Shown here: positions 24,738 through 36,700 of the stretch, one piece after another
Position numbering within the stretch: position 1 is the first letter of the stretch
How the letters are laid out: every line of letters begins with the position of its first letter
Assembly (NCBI GenBank): GCA_016906335.1
Contig: JADEYG010000004.1
Coordinates: 558,001-622,000 of the forward strand
Reading direction: 5' to 3'
Source: Novakomyces olei
Taxonomy: Eukaryota
Length of the DNA stretch: 64,000 nucleotides
The notes under the pieces: generated by a model
The model's input: only the letters and a program-made list of their open reading frames with translations
Database searches by the model: none
Told to the model about the DNA's origin: nothing
Program-made: the position numbers and the translations under genes

Positions 24738-27700
24738 ATGACTTACTCGAGCCTCTTCCGTAAGAATGCTACTATCTCTTGTGTACTAAATATCAGGCTC
24801 GGAGGAAGTTTCCCTCGTGCAGATGTATTTGCCGTCGGACGTATCGAGAGCAACCGTCTCTGCTCTCGGAGAAGTCGGTCTTGTCCACTTCCGAGACGTA
24901 TACTCCAATCTTGCCTGTGATCAATGACTAATATGAACTGTCTAGTTAAATACGGATGTGAATGCTTTCCAACGTTCTTTTGTTCGTGAAGTCAGAGGCT
25001 TAGATGACACGGAAAGGAGACTACGTATGTTTTGACGATACTTTTACATGGCTCTGTTTTTTGGTCTATGGCTAATTGATAAGGTTATTTTGCCACTCAA
25101 GCGGAAAAGCATAATATTCGTATCCGCGCGGCCTTTGAAGATTCGTCTTTTACTGCTCCTTCGCCTAACGAGATTGACGAATTGAGCCAGAGGGCAATTG
25201 ACTATGAAACAAGGCTGACCCATCTTTTGGCGAACGACGAGACTTTGAAAAAGCGATACAATGAGCTGATTGAGTACCGCTACGTCTTGAGAGAAACGAG
25301 CAATTTCTTTTCGAGGGTAATTTGTTGTTTATGTCTGCAAGTTGCTTGCTTTTTTTTTGCCTCCAATTAATATTTGCTTTTTTTAGATGCTGATTTCATT
25401 TTATTATACATTTTATTTTAATATTGTTGAAGTTTTTTTTCCTTATTATGAACTTGACTAATTATGTCAGGTGAGAGGGGATATCACAGTTGGTGGCGAG
25501 ACAATCAACGATTCCGACTCTGCACCATTACTTGAAAACGATGCGGAAATGGGAAACATGGATGCCGCCTATTCTGCTATGAACGTCGACCTTATTTCTG
25601 GCGTCATCCCGCGGCGACGTGTGGCTGTTTTTGAACGTATCCTGTGGCGATCGCTGCGTGGAAATTTGTATATGACACAATCCGAAATTGAACAGCCTAT
25701 CGAGGTTAGTCCGGGAGAATTTGAGGAGAAAAACGCATTTATTATCTTTGCTCATGGCAAAGAAATAATGAACAAAATTCGGAAAATATCAGAGTCCCTT
25801 GGAGCCTCATTGTACACTGCCGATAATGATCCTACTACGCGTCGTGATCAGCTTCAAGAGGTTAATGCTCGTATTGAAGATATTACCTCAGTTTTGGAGA
25901 ACACTTCTGCAACGCTAAATGCAGAGATTGGATTTATTGCTGAGAATTTGGCTACGTGGATGACCACAATAAAAAAGGAGAAGGCAATCTATGAGATAAT
26001 GAACCTTTTCAATTACGATCAAGGCCGCAAATGCCTTATTGCTGAGGGTTGGGTGCCCACAAATCGTCTTGATCAGGTGCAGAACATTATGAAGGATGTA
26101 GCTAATCGCTCTGGCTCTCAAGTACCCTCCATTTTGAATGAAATTCGTACAAATCGTGAGCCACCTACTTACAACAAATTGAACAAATTTACAGAGGCCT
26201 TTCAGAGTATCATTGATTCTTATGGTGTCGCCTCGTACCGCGAGGTAAATCCGGGCCTCGTTTCTATTGTCACTTTTCCATTCCTGTTCTCCGTGATGTT
26301 TGGGGACATTGGTCACGGGTTTATCATGTTTATGGTGGCACTAGTAATGATTTTGAACGAGCGAAAGCTGGCTAATTCTGGCATGGAGGTAAGAAATGAG
26401 GAGATGAAAAAGAAACAAACAAACAAATAAATAACTATTAATTAAAAAAAAATAACTAAATACATGATGCAGCATTTACTAACAAACAGCTTCTTGATAT
26501 GGCCTTCTTTGGTCGCTATATAATCCTGCTCATGGGAGCATTTTCCATGTATACAGGTCTTGTGTACAATGATGCCTTTTCGAAAGCACTTTCCATATTC
26601 TCTCCGCGCTGGCAATGGCCCGAAGACCAATCAGGCTCTTTAATTGTGGCGGAAAAAACGGGTGTGTATCCTTTCGGTCTCGATCCGACGTGGCATGAAT
26701 CTGATAATGCTCTCTTGTTTACAAACTCTCTCAAGATGAAGATGTCGATCATCCTTGGTGTTATTCACATGACCTTTTCTCTTTGCCTGTCTGTCTGTAA
26801 TTACCGATTCTTCCACAAGAGAATGGATATTTATACGGTTTTTCTGCCCTCACTGCTGTTTTTAGAGTCAATTTTCGGCTATTTGGTATTGGCAGTTATT
26901 TACAAATGGGCAGTTGACTGGTCGCAAAGAGATCAAAGTCCTCCGGGTCTTTTGAACATGCTCATCTATATGTTTTTGTCACCAGGAACTATTGAAGAGC
27001 CCCTCTACCCTGGACAAAGCTTTGTTCAAATTGTTCTTTTACTGCTCGCCCTGGTTTGTGTTCCCTGGCTTTTATTGGCAAAGCCTTTACTGCTCCGCAG
27101 AGAACATTATCGCGCAGTGGCCCTCGGGTATCGAGGAGTATCAGGCGACGATGTCCATCGCGTCTCTGCCGATGAAACGGATGATCAAAGCGTAATTATA
27201 TCGGAAGCCGTTCATTCTGGTGGAGAAGAGTTTGATTTTGGAGAAATAATGATTCATCAAGTCATTCATACGATCGAGTTCTGCCTTGGGTGTATATCGC
27301 ACACTGCAAGTTATCTACGTCTTTGGGGTATTAATAATAAATGATTTTATTGTTTTTAATTATTAATTATTGTGTTTTTTTTTTTTTGATTATTTCTAAC
27401 GACCAGCACTTTCTCTGGCTCACAATCAATTGAGCGCTGTTCTATGGAGCATGACGCTTAAAAATGCCTTTTCCACTACCGGTGTAATGGGAGTTATAAT
27501 GACGGTTGTATTGTTTGCGTTTTGGTTTGTCCTAACATGTGGTGTGCTTGTGGTAAGTAACTCCTTCTTGTCAATTATAAACAGCGAATCTAACTTTCTA
27601 GATGATGGAAGGTACGAGTGCAATGTTGCACAGTCTTCGTCTTCACTGGGTCGAGGCTATGTCCAAGCATTATGAGGGTGCGGGCTATGCTTTTGCCCCG

Positions 27701-27739
27701 TTCTCTTTCAAGGCCATCTTGGACGAGCAAGCACAATAG
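24738..27739 (+). CDS. VPH1: V-ATPase V0 subunit a, multi-exon
   Basis: [83 protein letters not shown]. Confidence 0.95.
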
Positions 27740-28080
27740 AAAAAATCGCCATACATGATTAATACAAGCCATTAAACAATTTTTTATTTGCGTATGACTT
27801 TGAGTACGTCCGGGAATATGTAGGCAAGTCCGGAAATATTTAGGCAAGACGCGCACAGCCTTTTGGCACAGCCTTTTACCGCCTTTCCAAAGTTGCTGTA
27901 ACATTATTCGACTTGTCCGTTCATGTACAATTGAAACGTCAATCCGTATAATACTAAAACATCGGAATAGCGTTGGCACAAAGATATGCCGTAGCACATC
28001 AAAACTTTTGAAATGCTGCTATACAGTACGCTATCCCGCAGTACTCTAAACAGCTTTCCCAGGTACACACTGTACTCAAG

Positions 28081-29265
28081 CTATAAAGCTCTGCCGACCT
28101 GCACGTTAGTGCAGTACGTATTCCTATAAACCTGATGGCAGCAGGCGAACCCCCATTTCCCGTCTTGCCAGTAGCTGCCAAACACGGAAGAATGGTTATT
28201 AGGGTATTCGTCCTCAGTGTACTTGCTTTTGGGAATAAGTTGGGCAGAGGACGAATGCTCCTGGCCAGCAACTTTGTACTCTTGAAAAGCGTCTGTTGCC
28301 TCTAAAAGCTCCCTTGGAGCAGACAAAACAGCAGCCGGTCCATACCGCTCTTCCAGCTCCCGTTTCCGCTTTTCTTCCGCCTCCTTTGCCTCCTGCAGGT
28401 ACCGTTTAAACCCTAATTCGCCAGCAGTAGGATTGGCCTGTATATGCTGAGTCTCCCCAGACTTGTCTGCAGCAGCTTGCCAGGCAAACCTCTGCAGCTT
28501 TTCAAACTCTGCCTTATCCTTGGACTCTCTCGTGAACCCTTCAGCGGCTACTGCTCCCGCATTAGCAAGCGCTTCGTCCGCCTTCATTGACCTCGACTTG
28601 GGCAGGTACTGCGGACCGTCGTCGCCCAGGTTCAGCAGGTACCCGGCCTTGTCCTCACGGATACGCAGAGTCTTTGACAGGTTCTCCCTCTCTGCTTTGT
28701 CAGGGTTTTTTCCCTCTCCAGAGGCGGCCCTGGCCGCCTCTATTCTCTCATACTCCTCCACCACCTGCCGATGCTGATCGGGATCGTACCCGCTCCAGTG
28801 ATCGCGTTTAGCCTCCCAGTCCGGCTCATAGTCCGGTATTATCTCGTCCTGCTGTATATCCTCTCCCGTCCATCGAGCACCCCGTTTTCTCGGTCTCTCC
28901 AAGCAGTCTTTTGTGCGGTGCGACACGGCCCCACAGTTTTCACAAGCGCCTTTGCGGTACTTTGTCGCCGCGGGTCCGAGCTTTTTGCCTCTGACGTACC
29001 ACGCAGTCTTGTAAGCGTCCCCGTCCTTGGCCGATGCCGACTCTGGCTTCCGCTGGTGGACAAGCGATCGGCCAGAGGCGTCGTCAGTGTACCACGGAGC
29101 CTTTGATATAAACTGTGGAATATGAGGGTTTATTGTATTGCCTTCTGCATCAAGCGCCAGCGGGGCTTTGCCTGCCTTGCGGTCCTCGTCCAGTTGCCTT
29201 TCAATCTGCGCTTCCCGCCGTGATAGTTTCGGTGCTGATCCATACGGCAGCTGGTCGGTAGCCAT
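28081..29265 (-). CDS. SLU7: Second-step splicing factor Slu7, intronless, 394 aa
   Basis: NPHIPQFISKAPWY, zinc knuckle CENCGAVSHRTKDC, KRDHWSGYD, LRIREDKA, WGFACCH. Confidence 0.95.
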   Translation of the reverse strand: MATDQLPYGSAPKLSRREAQIERQLDEDRKAGKAPLALDAEGNTINPHIPQFISKAPWYTDDASGRSLVHQRKPESASAKDGDAYKTAWYVRGKKLGPAATKYRKGACENCGAVSHRTKDCLERPRKRGARWTGEDIQQDEIIPDYEPDWEAKRDHWSGYDPDQHRQVVEEYERIEAARAASGEGKNPDKAERENLSKTLRIREDKAGYLLNLGDDGPQYLPKSRSMKADEALANAGAVAAEGFTRESKDKAEFEKLQRFAWQAAADKSGETQHIQANPTAGELGFKRYLQEAKEAEEKRKRELEERYGPAAVLSAPRELLEATDAFQEYKVAGQEHSSSAQLIPKSKYTEDEYPNNHSSVFGSYWQDGKWGFACCHQVYRNTYCTNVQVGRAL

Positions 29266-29354
29266 GCTGGATCAGCTGTTGCTGCCAATTGAATAGGAAT
29301 AGAAAAGAAATAAAATTAAATTATGAAAGAAATAGAAAACGAATTAGGAATAGA

Positions 29355-29768
29355 AATAATAAATATAATAAATATAATAAATATAATAAATATAATAAAT
29401 ATAATAAATATAATAAATATAATAAATATAATAAATATAATAAATATAATAAATATAATAAATATAATAAATATAATAAATATAATAAATATAATAAATA
29501 TAATAAATATAATAAATATAATAAATATAATAAATATAATAAATATAATAAATATAATAAATATAATAAATATAATAAATATAATAAATATAATAAATAT
29601 AATAAATATAATAAATATAATAAATATAATAAATATAATAAATATAATAAATATAATAAATATAATAAATATAATAAATATAATAAATATAATAAATATA
29701 ATAAATATAATAAATATAATAAATATAATAAATATAATAAATATAAATAAATATAAATAAATATAAAT
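29355..29768. repeat. (AATAAATAT)n minisatellite, about 43 copies, in the SLU7/TAF1 divergent intergenic region
   Basis: Perfect 9-bp tandem array, translated as NKY repeats in the ORF track. Confidence 0.98.
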
Positions 29769-29810
29769 TCGAGATAAAGATCTCGTGTTGCGACATGCTT
29801 TAGGCGGAGC

Positions 29811-32800
29811 ATGTCTGGGTTCAGCTTCGAGAGCCTTTTGTTTGGCGAAGAAGCGAAACAAGGCAAACGGGAAGACGGCGATGATGTGGACCTGTCTGGG
29901 CTGGACGCTGTCTTTGGGACTCAAGGGTTAGGGCTAAGTGCCGACGATCTACAAAAGGGAGCTGGAGATGCAGTGCACGCGCAAGAGGATGCGATTGACT
30001 ATGAGGATTTTGACGAGTTGGCTGATGACGACGATCTAGTGCAAAGCCCAGGAAGCCGTGACGGAGATCAAGACAAAGACCGAGCAGAGCCTGTCTCTGC
30101 TGGAGAAGATGAAGAAGAGCAAATAGAAGAGGAAGAGCAGGTAGATGAAGGACAAGACGAGGACGACTTGTTTGCAACTACTGACGATCGGGAAAAGCAG
30201 TCTTCGCTTGAAGACTCGGCTTTTGCCGATGTCTTTGGTGGTGACGAAGAAGTTGGACCCAGCCTGGGCCCTGCTGAAGACGATGTTGGCCAGATAAAAG
30301 GCCAGGCTGCTGATCAGAGCGATCAGGAGGACGAACAACCCGACGAACAAATTGCCCATCCAAACGAGGATGCTGGTGAAGATTATTCTGCCCTTGAGGC
30401 CACTGTTACAGACGCAGAGGCGGCTAGAGAACTTGCTACGAATGTCGCACAAAAACCCAAGCTTGATTCGGAGACGAGGCTCAACATTGTAAAGTCAGTT
30501 TTCCCCGATTTTGAAGTGGGCAAACCGCTGCGGATGTCTCGGCTTTTTGCCCCAAAACTTGCAATGCTGATCCCTCATCGGAAAAAGCATACGCGTCCAC
30601 TACTTCCGACGCGTCTCAATTTAGAGAACGATATTGATGAGCTTGCTTATTTCAGATCCCGACGGCCTTTGCCGCGAAGACATAGGGCAACGACAAAGAT
30701 CGACAAGGCGCAGTTTGCCCATGGACTAGTGCATGAAGCACGCAGTGCTACAGAATTAGGCGAAGAAGAAACGCAATCTACAAAACAGCAAACTACAGCA
30801 GACGAGGCGAACTCTTTTTTAGATAATGGCACAGGTCCCATGTTGAGTCGGCGGGACCTCGATTTCAATTCTCACGAGTGGGAATCGTCGATTCGGTGGT
30901 CAGGCGCATCCACAGCCGCTGATGATGACGGCAAATCTATGGGCCACGAATGGCAGGTGAAAAGGCTCAAACTCGAAGAGCCCAGCTTTGATTCGTTTGG
31001 GACCGCAGACAATCTTCCACTCCGGCTCGTTCTGAACATGAGCGATGTGCGCTTACTCCTGGACGCGGCAGCACGAACCCCTCAAGCGGCTGAAAATGCC
31101 CTTAGATCATCGGTCAGTTGGAAGTTTGATGTCTCAAACGATAAGGAGTACAGCCTGCTGAGGGAGCCGAGGCACTCGAGGGGCAGACAGAACCTTTCTC
31201 AGCTGGCGATCGAGCATGCGCCCTTTGCGGACAGGCTGCAAGTGCCCTTTTACAAGACACATATAAGTAAAAAAGAAGCCAGATCCTTCCACCGGCCCTC
31301 CATGGCTTTTCGGCCAGACACGACCATTCGGTTCTCCCGTTGCCGAAAGGTGTCCAAGGGCGAGCGCAAGGAGGCAGCTCGTGACCCAAAGACGGCGTTG
31401 TCGAATACGAGTGCGATTGGTTTGGACGACACGTTTGATTTTTATCTGATGGAGTACTCGGAAGAGCACCCGCCAATCCTGTCAAACGTCGGGATGGGCA
31501 GTAGACTTGTAAATTACTACCGTAGACTGGACGACCAGGACGAGTCGAGGCCAAAACTGCCCAACGGCGAGACTCAGGTCTTGAGCCCACTGGACGCGAG
31601 TCCCTTTTGGAGCTTTGGCTTTGTTCCACGAGGGGCAGTTGTGCCCACACTGTACAATCGGCTGTACAGGGCGCCTATATTCCAGCACGAGCCAAAGGCA
31701 ACAGACTTTTTGCTCGTCCGCAGCACAGACGAGACCGGGTCCAAGTACTATTTGCGCAATATAAAGACGCTGTATACCGTAGGCCAAACGCTGCCCAGTG
31801 TCGATGTGCCAGGCCCGCACTCACGCAGGGCGACAACGACGAGCAAGAACAGGTTAAAGATGGTGGCCTTCCGTCTGTTGCGCAAGCAAGGCAACTATGG
31901 GCTTTCAATCAAGGAAATATCGAGGCATTTTTCTGATCAAAACGATATGCAAATCAGGCAGAGGCTAAAGGAGTTTATGGAGTTCCAGAAGCCAGGATCA
32001 GAAGATCCAGGGAGCGGTACATGGAAGCTCAGAAGCTCAGAGCCGCTGCTCGATGAGGAGGCAACAAGGGCTCTGGTGAGTCCAGAGATGGTCTGCCTTT
32101 TGGACAGTATGCAGGTGGGCCTGCGTGTCCTCGAAGACGCTGGGTTTGCAAAGGCCGTAGTCGACGAGGAGGGCAATACACAAAGCAGCCACCACATGAA
32201 CAATGACGAGGACGAAGAGTCGCTCTCTACCGAGCAGAGACTGGCTCCGTGGATCACTACTCGCAACTTTATAAACGCTACACAGGGCAAAGCCATGCTC
32301 GAGCTGCATGGCGAAGGCGATCCGACCGGCCGTGGCGAAGGCATAAGCTTTATCCGCACATCGATGAAGGGAGGCTACAAGCCGAAGCCGGGCGAAGATG
32401 GATGGGACGAAGTGCCGACGGCCTCACGGGACAAAGAGAAGCAGCACAACTACAATATTGCCCGGCAGCAGATGGCCTATGAGCGCGAAATTGAGCATAT
32501 TTGGGAGGCACAGAAAAGGTCGCTTTCCTCTGCACAACAGGTACCTGCTCCGTCCAGTGCAGGAGCCGCTAATGGCGCTAATGGCGCTAATGGCGGCCAA
32601 GAGTACAGAGGCAGCCGTGGTGTCTCAGAGACACCCTCTTTTGCCTCTTTTGCCTCTGAATCTTCACCTTTTGCCTCTGCCGTGGACGAAGCTGGGCAGG
32701 GGTTCGAGGATGACCGAAGGATCTTGCGGATAAGGAGGACAATCACCACTGCGTCCGGGTCGACAGAGGTAAAGACAGAGATTGTAAAGGACCCGAATGT

Positions 32801-33311
32801 CATTCATGCGTACGTCAAACGACGCCACGAGATTGAGGACTCTGTAATGTCGACCGAGATGCTGGAGCCAACAAACGACGAGGAGCGGAATAAACGAGTT
32901 AAAAGGAATATCGAAGCAATGCTGGCCAAACTGGAAAAGGCGCGTGAGCGTAGACGGCTGCGCAAAGCTCAAAAGGCAGCCGGGTTACTTGGAAAGCGGT
33001 CTAATGCACAGGACGATACCAACAGCTCTTCAATGAATCCGGACGCTTTCTTGCAGGGCAAACTAGGCGGTGCTCAGCGAAGGTGCGGCAATTGTGGACA
33101 GCCTGGTCATATGCGGACATGGAAGCATTGCCCAATGTACGGGCAACTGGAATCGGGGCTCAAGGATTCCTCAAACCGGTCTCAGAGCACTTCTGTGGCG
33201 CCCTCGCGCAATGCTTCAGTGGAGCCTGTGCTTCATAGCAATGGAGGCTACGAGGCTTCTCCGCTGCGAGAGGTTTCCGTCTCCTCACCGGCTCCGACGC
33301 CGCCGTTCTGA
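29811..33311 (+). CDS. TAF1: TFIID subunit Taf1, intronless, 1166 aa
   Basis: DAIDYEDFDELA (TAND2-like), RSFHRP, EYSEEHP, VPGPHSRR, APWITTRNF, GEGDPTGRGEG, zinc knuckle CGNCGQPGHMRT. Confidence 0.95.
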   Translation: MSGFSFESLLFGEEAKQGKREDGDDVDLSGLDAVFGTQGLGLSADDLQKGAGDAVHAQEDAIDYEDFDELADDDDLVQSPGSRDGDQDKDRAEPVSAGEDEEEQIEEEEQVDEGQDEDDLFATTDDREKQSSLEDSAFADVFGGDEEVGPSLGPAEDDVGQIKGQAADQSDQEDEQPDEQIAHPNEDAGEDYSALEATVTDAEAARELATNVAQKPKLDSETRLNIVKSVFPDFEVGKPLRMSRLFAPKLAMLIPHRKKHTRPLLPTRLNLENDIDELAYFRSRRPLPRRHRATTKIDKAQFAHGLVHEARSATELGEEETQSTKQQTTADEANSFLDNGTGPMLSRRDLDFNSHEWESSIRWSGASTAADDDGKSMGHEWQVKRLKLEEPSFDSFGTADNLPLRLVLNMSDVRLLLDAAARTPQAAENALRSSVSWKFDVSNDKEYSLLREPRHSRGRQNLSQLAIEHAPFADRLQVPFYKTHISKKEARSFHRPSMAFRPDTTIRFSRCRKVSKGERKEAARDPKTALSNTSAIGLDDTFDFYLMEYSEEHPPILSNVGMGSRLVNYYRRLDDQDESRPKLPNGETQVLSPLDASPFWSFGFVPRGAVVPTLYNRLYRAPIFQHEPKATDFLLVRSTDETGSKYYLRNIKTLYTVGQTLPSVDVPGPHSRRATTTSKNRLKMVAFRLLRKQGNYGLSIKEISRHFSDQNDMQIRQRLKEFMEFQKPGSEDPGSGTWKLRSSEPLLDEEATRALVSPEMVCLLDSMQVGLRVLEDAGFAKAVVDEEGNTQSSHHMNNDEDEESLSTEQRLAPWITTRNFINATQGKAMLELHGEGDPTGRGEGISFIRTSMKGGYKPKPGEDGWDEVPTASRDKEKQHNYNIARQQMAYEREIEHIWEAQKRSLSSAQQVPAPSSAGAANGANGANGGQEYRGSRGVSETPSFASFASESSPFASAVDEAGQGFEDDRRILRIRRTITTASGSTEVKTEIVKDPNVIHAYVKRRHEIEDSVMSTEMLEPTNDEERNKRVKRNIEAMLAKLEKARERRRLRKAQKAAGLLGKRSNAQDDTNSSSMNPDAFLQGKLGGAQRRCGNCGQPGHMRTWKHCPMYGQLESGLKDSSNRSQSTSVAPSRNASVEPVLHSNGGYEASPLREVSVSSPAPTPPF

Positions 33312-33377
33312 GCGGACAACAGTGGTTCTTGCTACGCTATCGCCCGAGTTACTGAAGGATTGGATGTGTGTAATAGT

Positions 33378-33552
33378 AATAATTAATTAATTAATTAATT
33401 AATTAATTAATTAAATATTTTGCCAGTAAAATGAAAAGGAAGGCAGGCCAAGTGTAATGGCAACGTGCTGTGTAGAGTAAACTGTTGCTATTTATTTATT
33501 TATTTTATTTTATTTTAGTTTATTTTATTTTATTTTTTATTCATTCATTTAT
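33378..33552. repeat. (TAAT)n tract followed by (TTAT)/(TTTTA)n tract between TAF1 and GPI13
   Basis: Directly visible simple repeats at about 33378-33414 and 33489-33552. Confidence 0.85.
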
Positions 33553-33710
33553 AAATCGGATTGGACGCGTTATTAATTTCTGTCAATAGCGCCTATAACA
33601 AATACATACACAAGCAATATGCGCACGGGTAGTATAAACCCTAATCATAAAAAGGGTTATTGCCAATTAGATCGAGCAAACCATTTACGAGCGTGTGCAA
33701 TGCGAGGCAG

Positions 33711-36700
33711 ATGCCAATAACCGGCGTGGGGCATACGCGTGTTTGGCATGTATTCTTATTGGCCGCCTTTTTCGCATTTAATCATTTTATTGGCCTTTTT
33801 TTATTCCAGCAAGGCTTTCTGTTAAACCGGCTGGTTATCAATGGCACTTCAACACCGGACGTGCTTCCTTTCGAGATCCCTTTGCCCGCAAATGCTCAAC
33901 TAGTTGAGGCTACGAGGGGAATAATAGAGGAGACGGGAAGAATAGAGGAAACGGGAAAAGTAGAGGAAAAGTTCTCCAAGGAAAAGATAAAGGCAGCAGG
34001 AAATAAAAGTAAAAAAGAAGAAGAGGCTAATGGACGAGCAAAAAGACGACAAGTTAAAGCCAGAGCCGAGCCAGACCAGTACTGGCACCCGCCTAAATTT
34101 GAAAAAGCAGTGATTCTAATAATCGACGCTCTACGCGATGATTTTATTCTCCCCCAACCTCAAGACTCGTTCAATCCCCTTTTCCAAAACGTTTTAACGA
34201 CTCCGAGTCGGATGGACAATGGGCAAGGCTCAAGCGCCCTTTTCACTTTCCGTGCTGATCCGCCTACGACGACGCTGCAAAGGCTTAAAGGCCTGACGAC
34301 AGGCACACTGCCGACATTCATCGATGCTGGGTCCAATTTTGCGGGCAGTGATATCGATGAGGACAATATAATTTCGCAGCTAAAATCGCACGGCAAACGG
34401 CTCTACTTTGCCGGAGACGATACGTGGAGCGCTCTGTTCCCAACTGCGTTTGACAAGTTCTATCCCTACGAATCCTTCAATGTCCCGGACTTGCATACTG
34501 TCGATACGGGAGTCAAAAGGCATTTGCTCTCTGCTCTCGATGAGCAAGACGAATGGGACGTTTTCATTGGCCATTTCCTGGGAGTCGACCATGCCGGTCA
34601 TACGTTTGGACCGGAGCATGCAATGATGACCCGCAAGCTGCAAGAGATGGATTCCATGTTGCTGCAAGTGGTAGATAAACTGCAGGAGGATACGATCCTG
34701 TTTGTAATGGGCGACCATGGCATGGACGAGCGTGGCAATCATGGTGGCGATAGTGCACTAGAGCTGGACGCTGGCCTTTGGATATACTCCAAGCGCAAGT
34801 TTATGCCCTCTAGCCTTGATCCTTCTTACTCGGCGGTCGACCAGGTGGATTTTGTGCCGACTTTTGCTCTGACTATGGGCATACCCGTGCCTTTTAATAA
34901 CCTCGGCTTCCCTATAAAACAGGTCTTTAATTCCAGCGGGGCCCGTGAGCTTTTGGCTGTTGGAAATTTGACAGCGGAGCAGATTCATAGGTACTCTGCC
35001 AACTATGCCCAGCGTGTAGCCTCTGTCGATCTCACTCGCGCCGAGTCAGTTTTACAAAGGGCTCGGTCACAGTACATGACTGCAGGGTTAAGCAGTGAGG
35101 GCAGTAAAGCAAGCGATCTCGCGGCAGAGGCAGCTTTTGCGTTGCAGTACGAGTACCAGCAAATGGTTCTTTCTATCTACCGAAGACTATGGGCACAGTA
35201 CGACACAGTGCTGATTGCACTCGGAGTGGTTACACTGGTCTCGAGCTTTGTCACGATGGCTTCAAGTCTATACAGCATCTACTCGCGCCAGGCTGCAGTT
35301 TATGAGATTGTGCGTATCCAGTTTGTGCCTTTCCTCGCCTTTGCTGCTGTCTTTGTAGCAGCTTTTTGCGTTTCGGGGATAAGTTTGGCAAGGCACGTTC
35401 TTTTCGCTTGTTCCTTGTCGTCACAGCTTCTCCTGCTTTTATACCTGATTTCCAAGACCCGCCAGCTGTCTTTTTCCTCGTCAATATTACACACAATAAA
35501 AGCAGTTGGTCGGCACTGGTTTAGTGGCGCATTGGTACTCGTTCATTGTGCTCTCTTTGCGTCTAATTCTTTCACTGTGTGGGAGGACAAAATTGTGAAT
35601 TTTTTGCTGGCAAGTTTAGTGTTCCGTTGGCTCCTGGTCTGCGGCAGCGTCATAGACCGTAGGGCAAGGCTCCTCGGTTACTATTACGTGTCATTGTCGG
35701 CAATTTTTATGCGTATTATTGCCCATTTTTCTGCTTGCCGTGAAGAACAGGCTCCTTATTGTTACCCCACCTTTTACGATTGTGAAACGGGCAAGACTTT
35801 TGGATTAGCCGTTATTTCTGCGGCTCTTTTCTTGTGTTTTGCCTTTCCTGCAGTCTTGAAACAGCATTTTGTCCTTGCGAATTCATATTTGCCCCCAGTA
35901 AAATATTGGATCTCGCTGTTTCTTCCTGCAACTCTCCTCCTGTCATGGCTTTATTGGACACTTGGTCTGGCGGAAAGTCAGTCTTGGGCTGCAGTCGGAC
36001 ATTTTGAGAGTCAAAGGGGCGCCATTGCCCGTATTGTATTGATCCTAATTCTTGTTTTGGCTCCAGTAATGCTGGCTTTTATGCCTTTGTCTATAAAGGC
36101 TGTTTTATTGGGCACAGGCCAGTCAAGGAGGGTGGAAAGGTACGGTGCTGGGGCTGAGACTAGTACTCGACCAAGTATTGATACTAGCAGTAGCCAAACT
36201 AGTCATAATACTAATACTAGTACTGGTAAAAGTACTAATATTAGTACGAGTACTGGTCGTAATGGTGCAGACGCCAAGTCAAACCCTAATCGAGGTCAAT
36301 TCAGGTCTAAGCTCAATGTATTGGGAGTGGCAAACATGTACGGAAGCCTCTACACACCGTTTTGCTTTGTCATTTTCACGCTGGTTGCCTTCCTTGTTCA
36401 GTTCCCCGGCGGAATAGTATTAACCCTAGGGTTTTGGACAATGATGAATTTTGTGGAACTGCATGCTCTGGACCCGGCCAGGCTTACACTCGGCGAGTCA
36501 GTGGTGTCTGCCTATCTTTTAGGCCACTCGCTGTTTTTTGCAACTGGTCACCAGGCGACACTGCAAAGCATTCATTGGAAAATTGCCTTTGTTACCGGAC
36601 CTAAACTCGTTTACCCTTGGGCACCTTTATTCGTGTTAACCAACTCTTTTGGCGCTCATATCCTAATGGCTAGTTCAGTGCCTTTATTGGTACTGTGGAA

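Noticed and set aside
24738..27739. Alternative genetic code (CUG reassignment)
   Set aside because: CTG codons occupy conserved Leu positions in VPH1 and other genes
29355..29768. Possible CRISPR-like array
   Set aside because: Pure tandem repeat without spacers, in a eukaryotic context with no cas genes
29289..29924. ORFs with NKY/IIF/YLL/IIN repeats
   Set aside because: Translations of the 9-bp satellite with no coding signal; the same applies to the ORFs over the repeats at 21796-22038, 38449-38680 and 40460-40735
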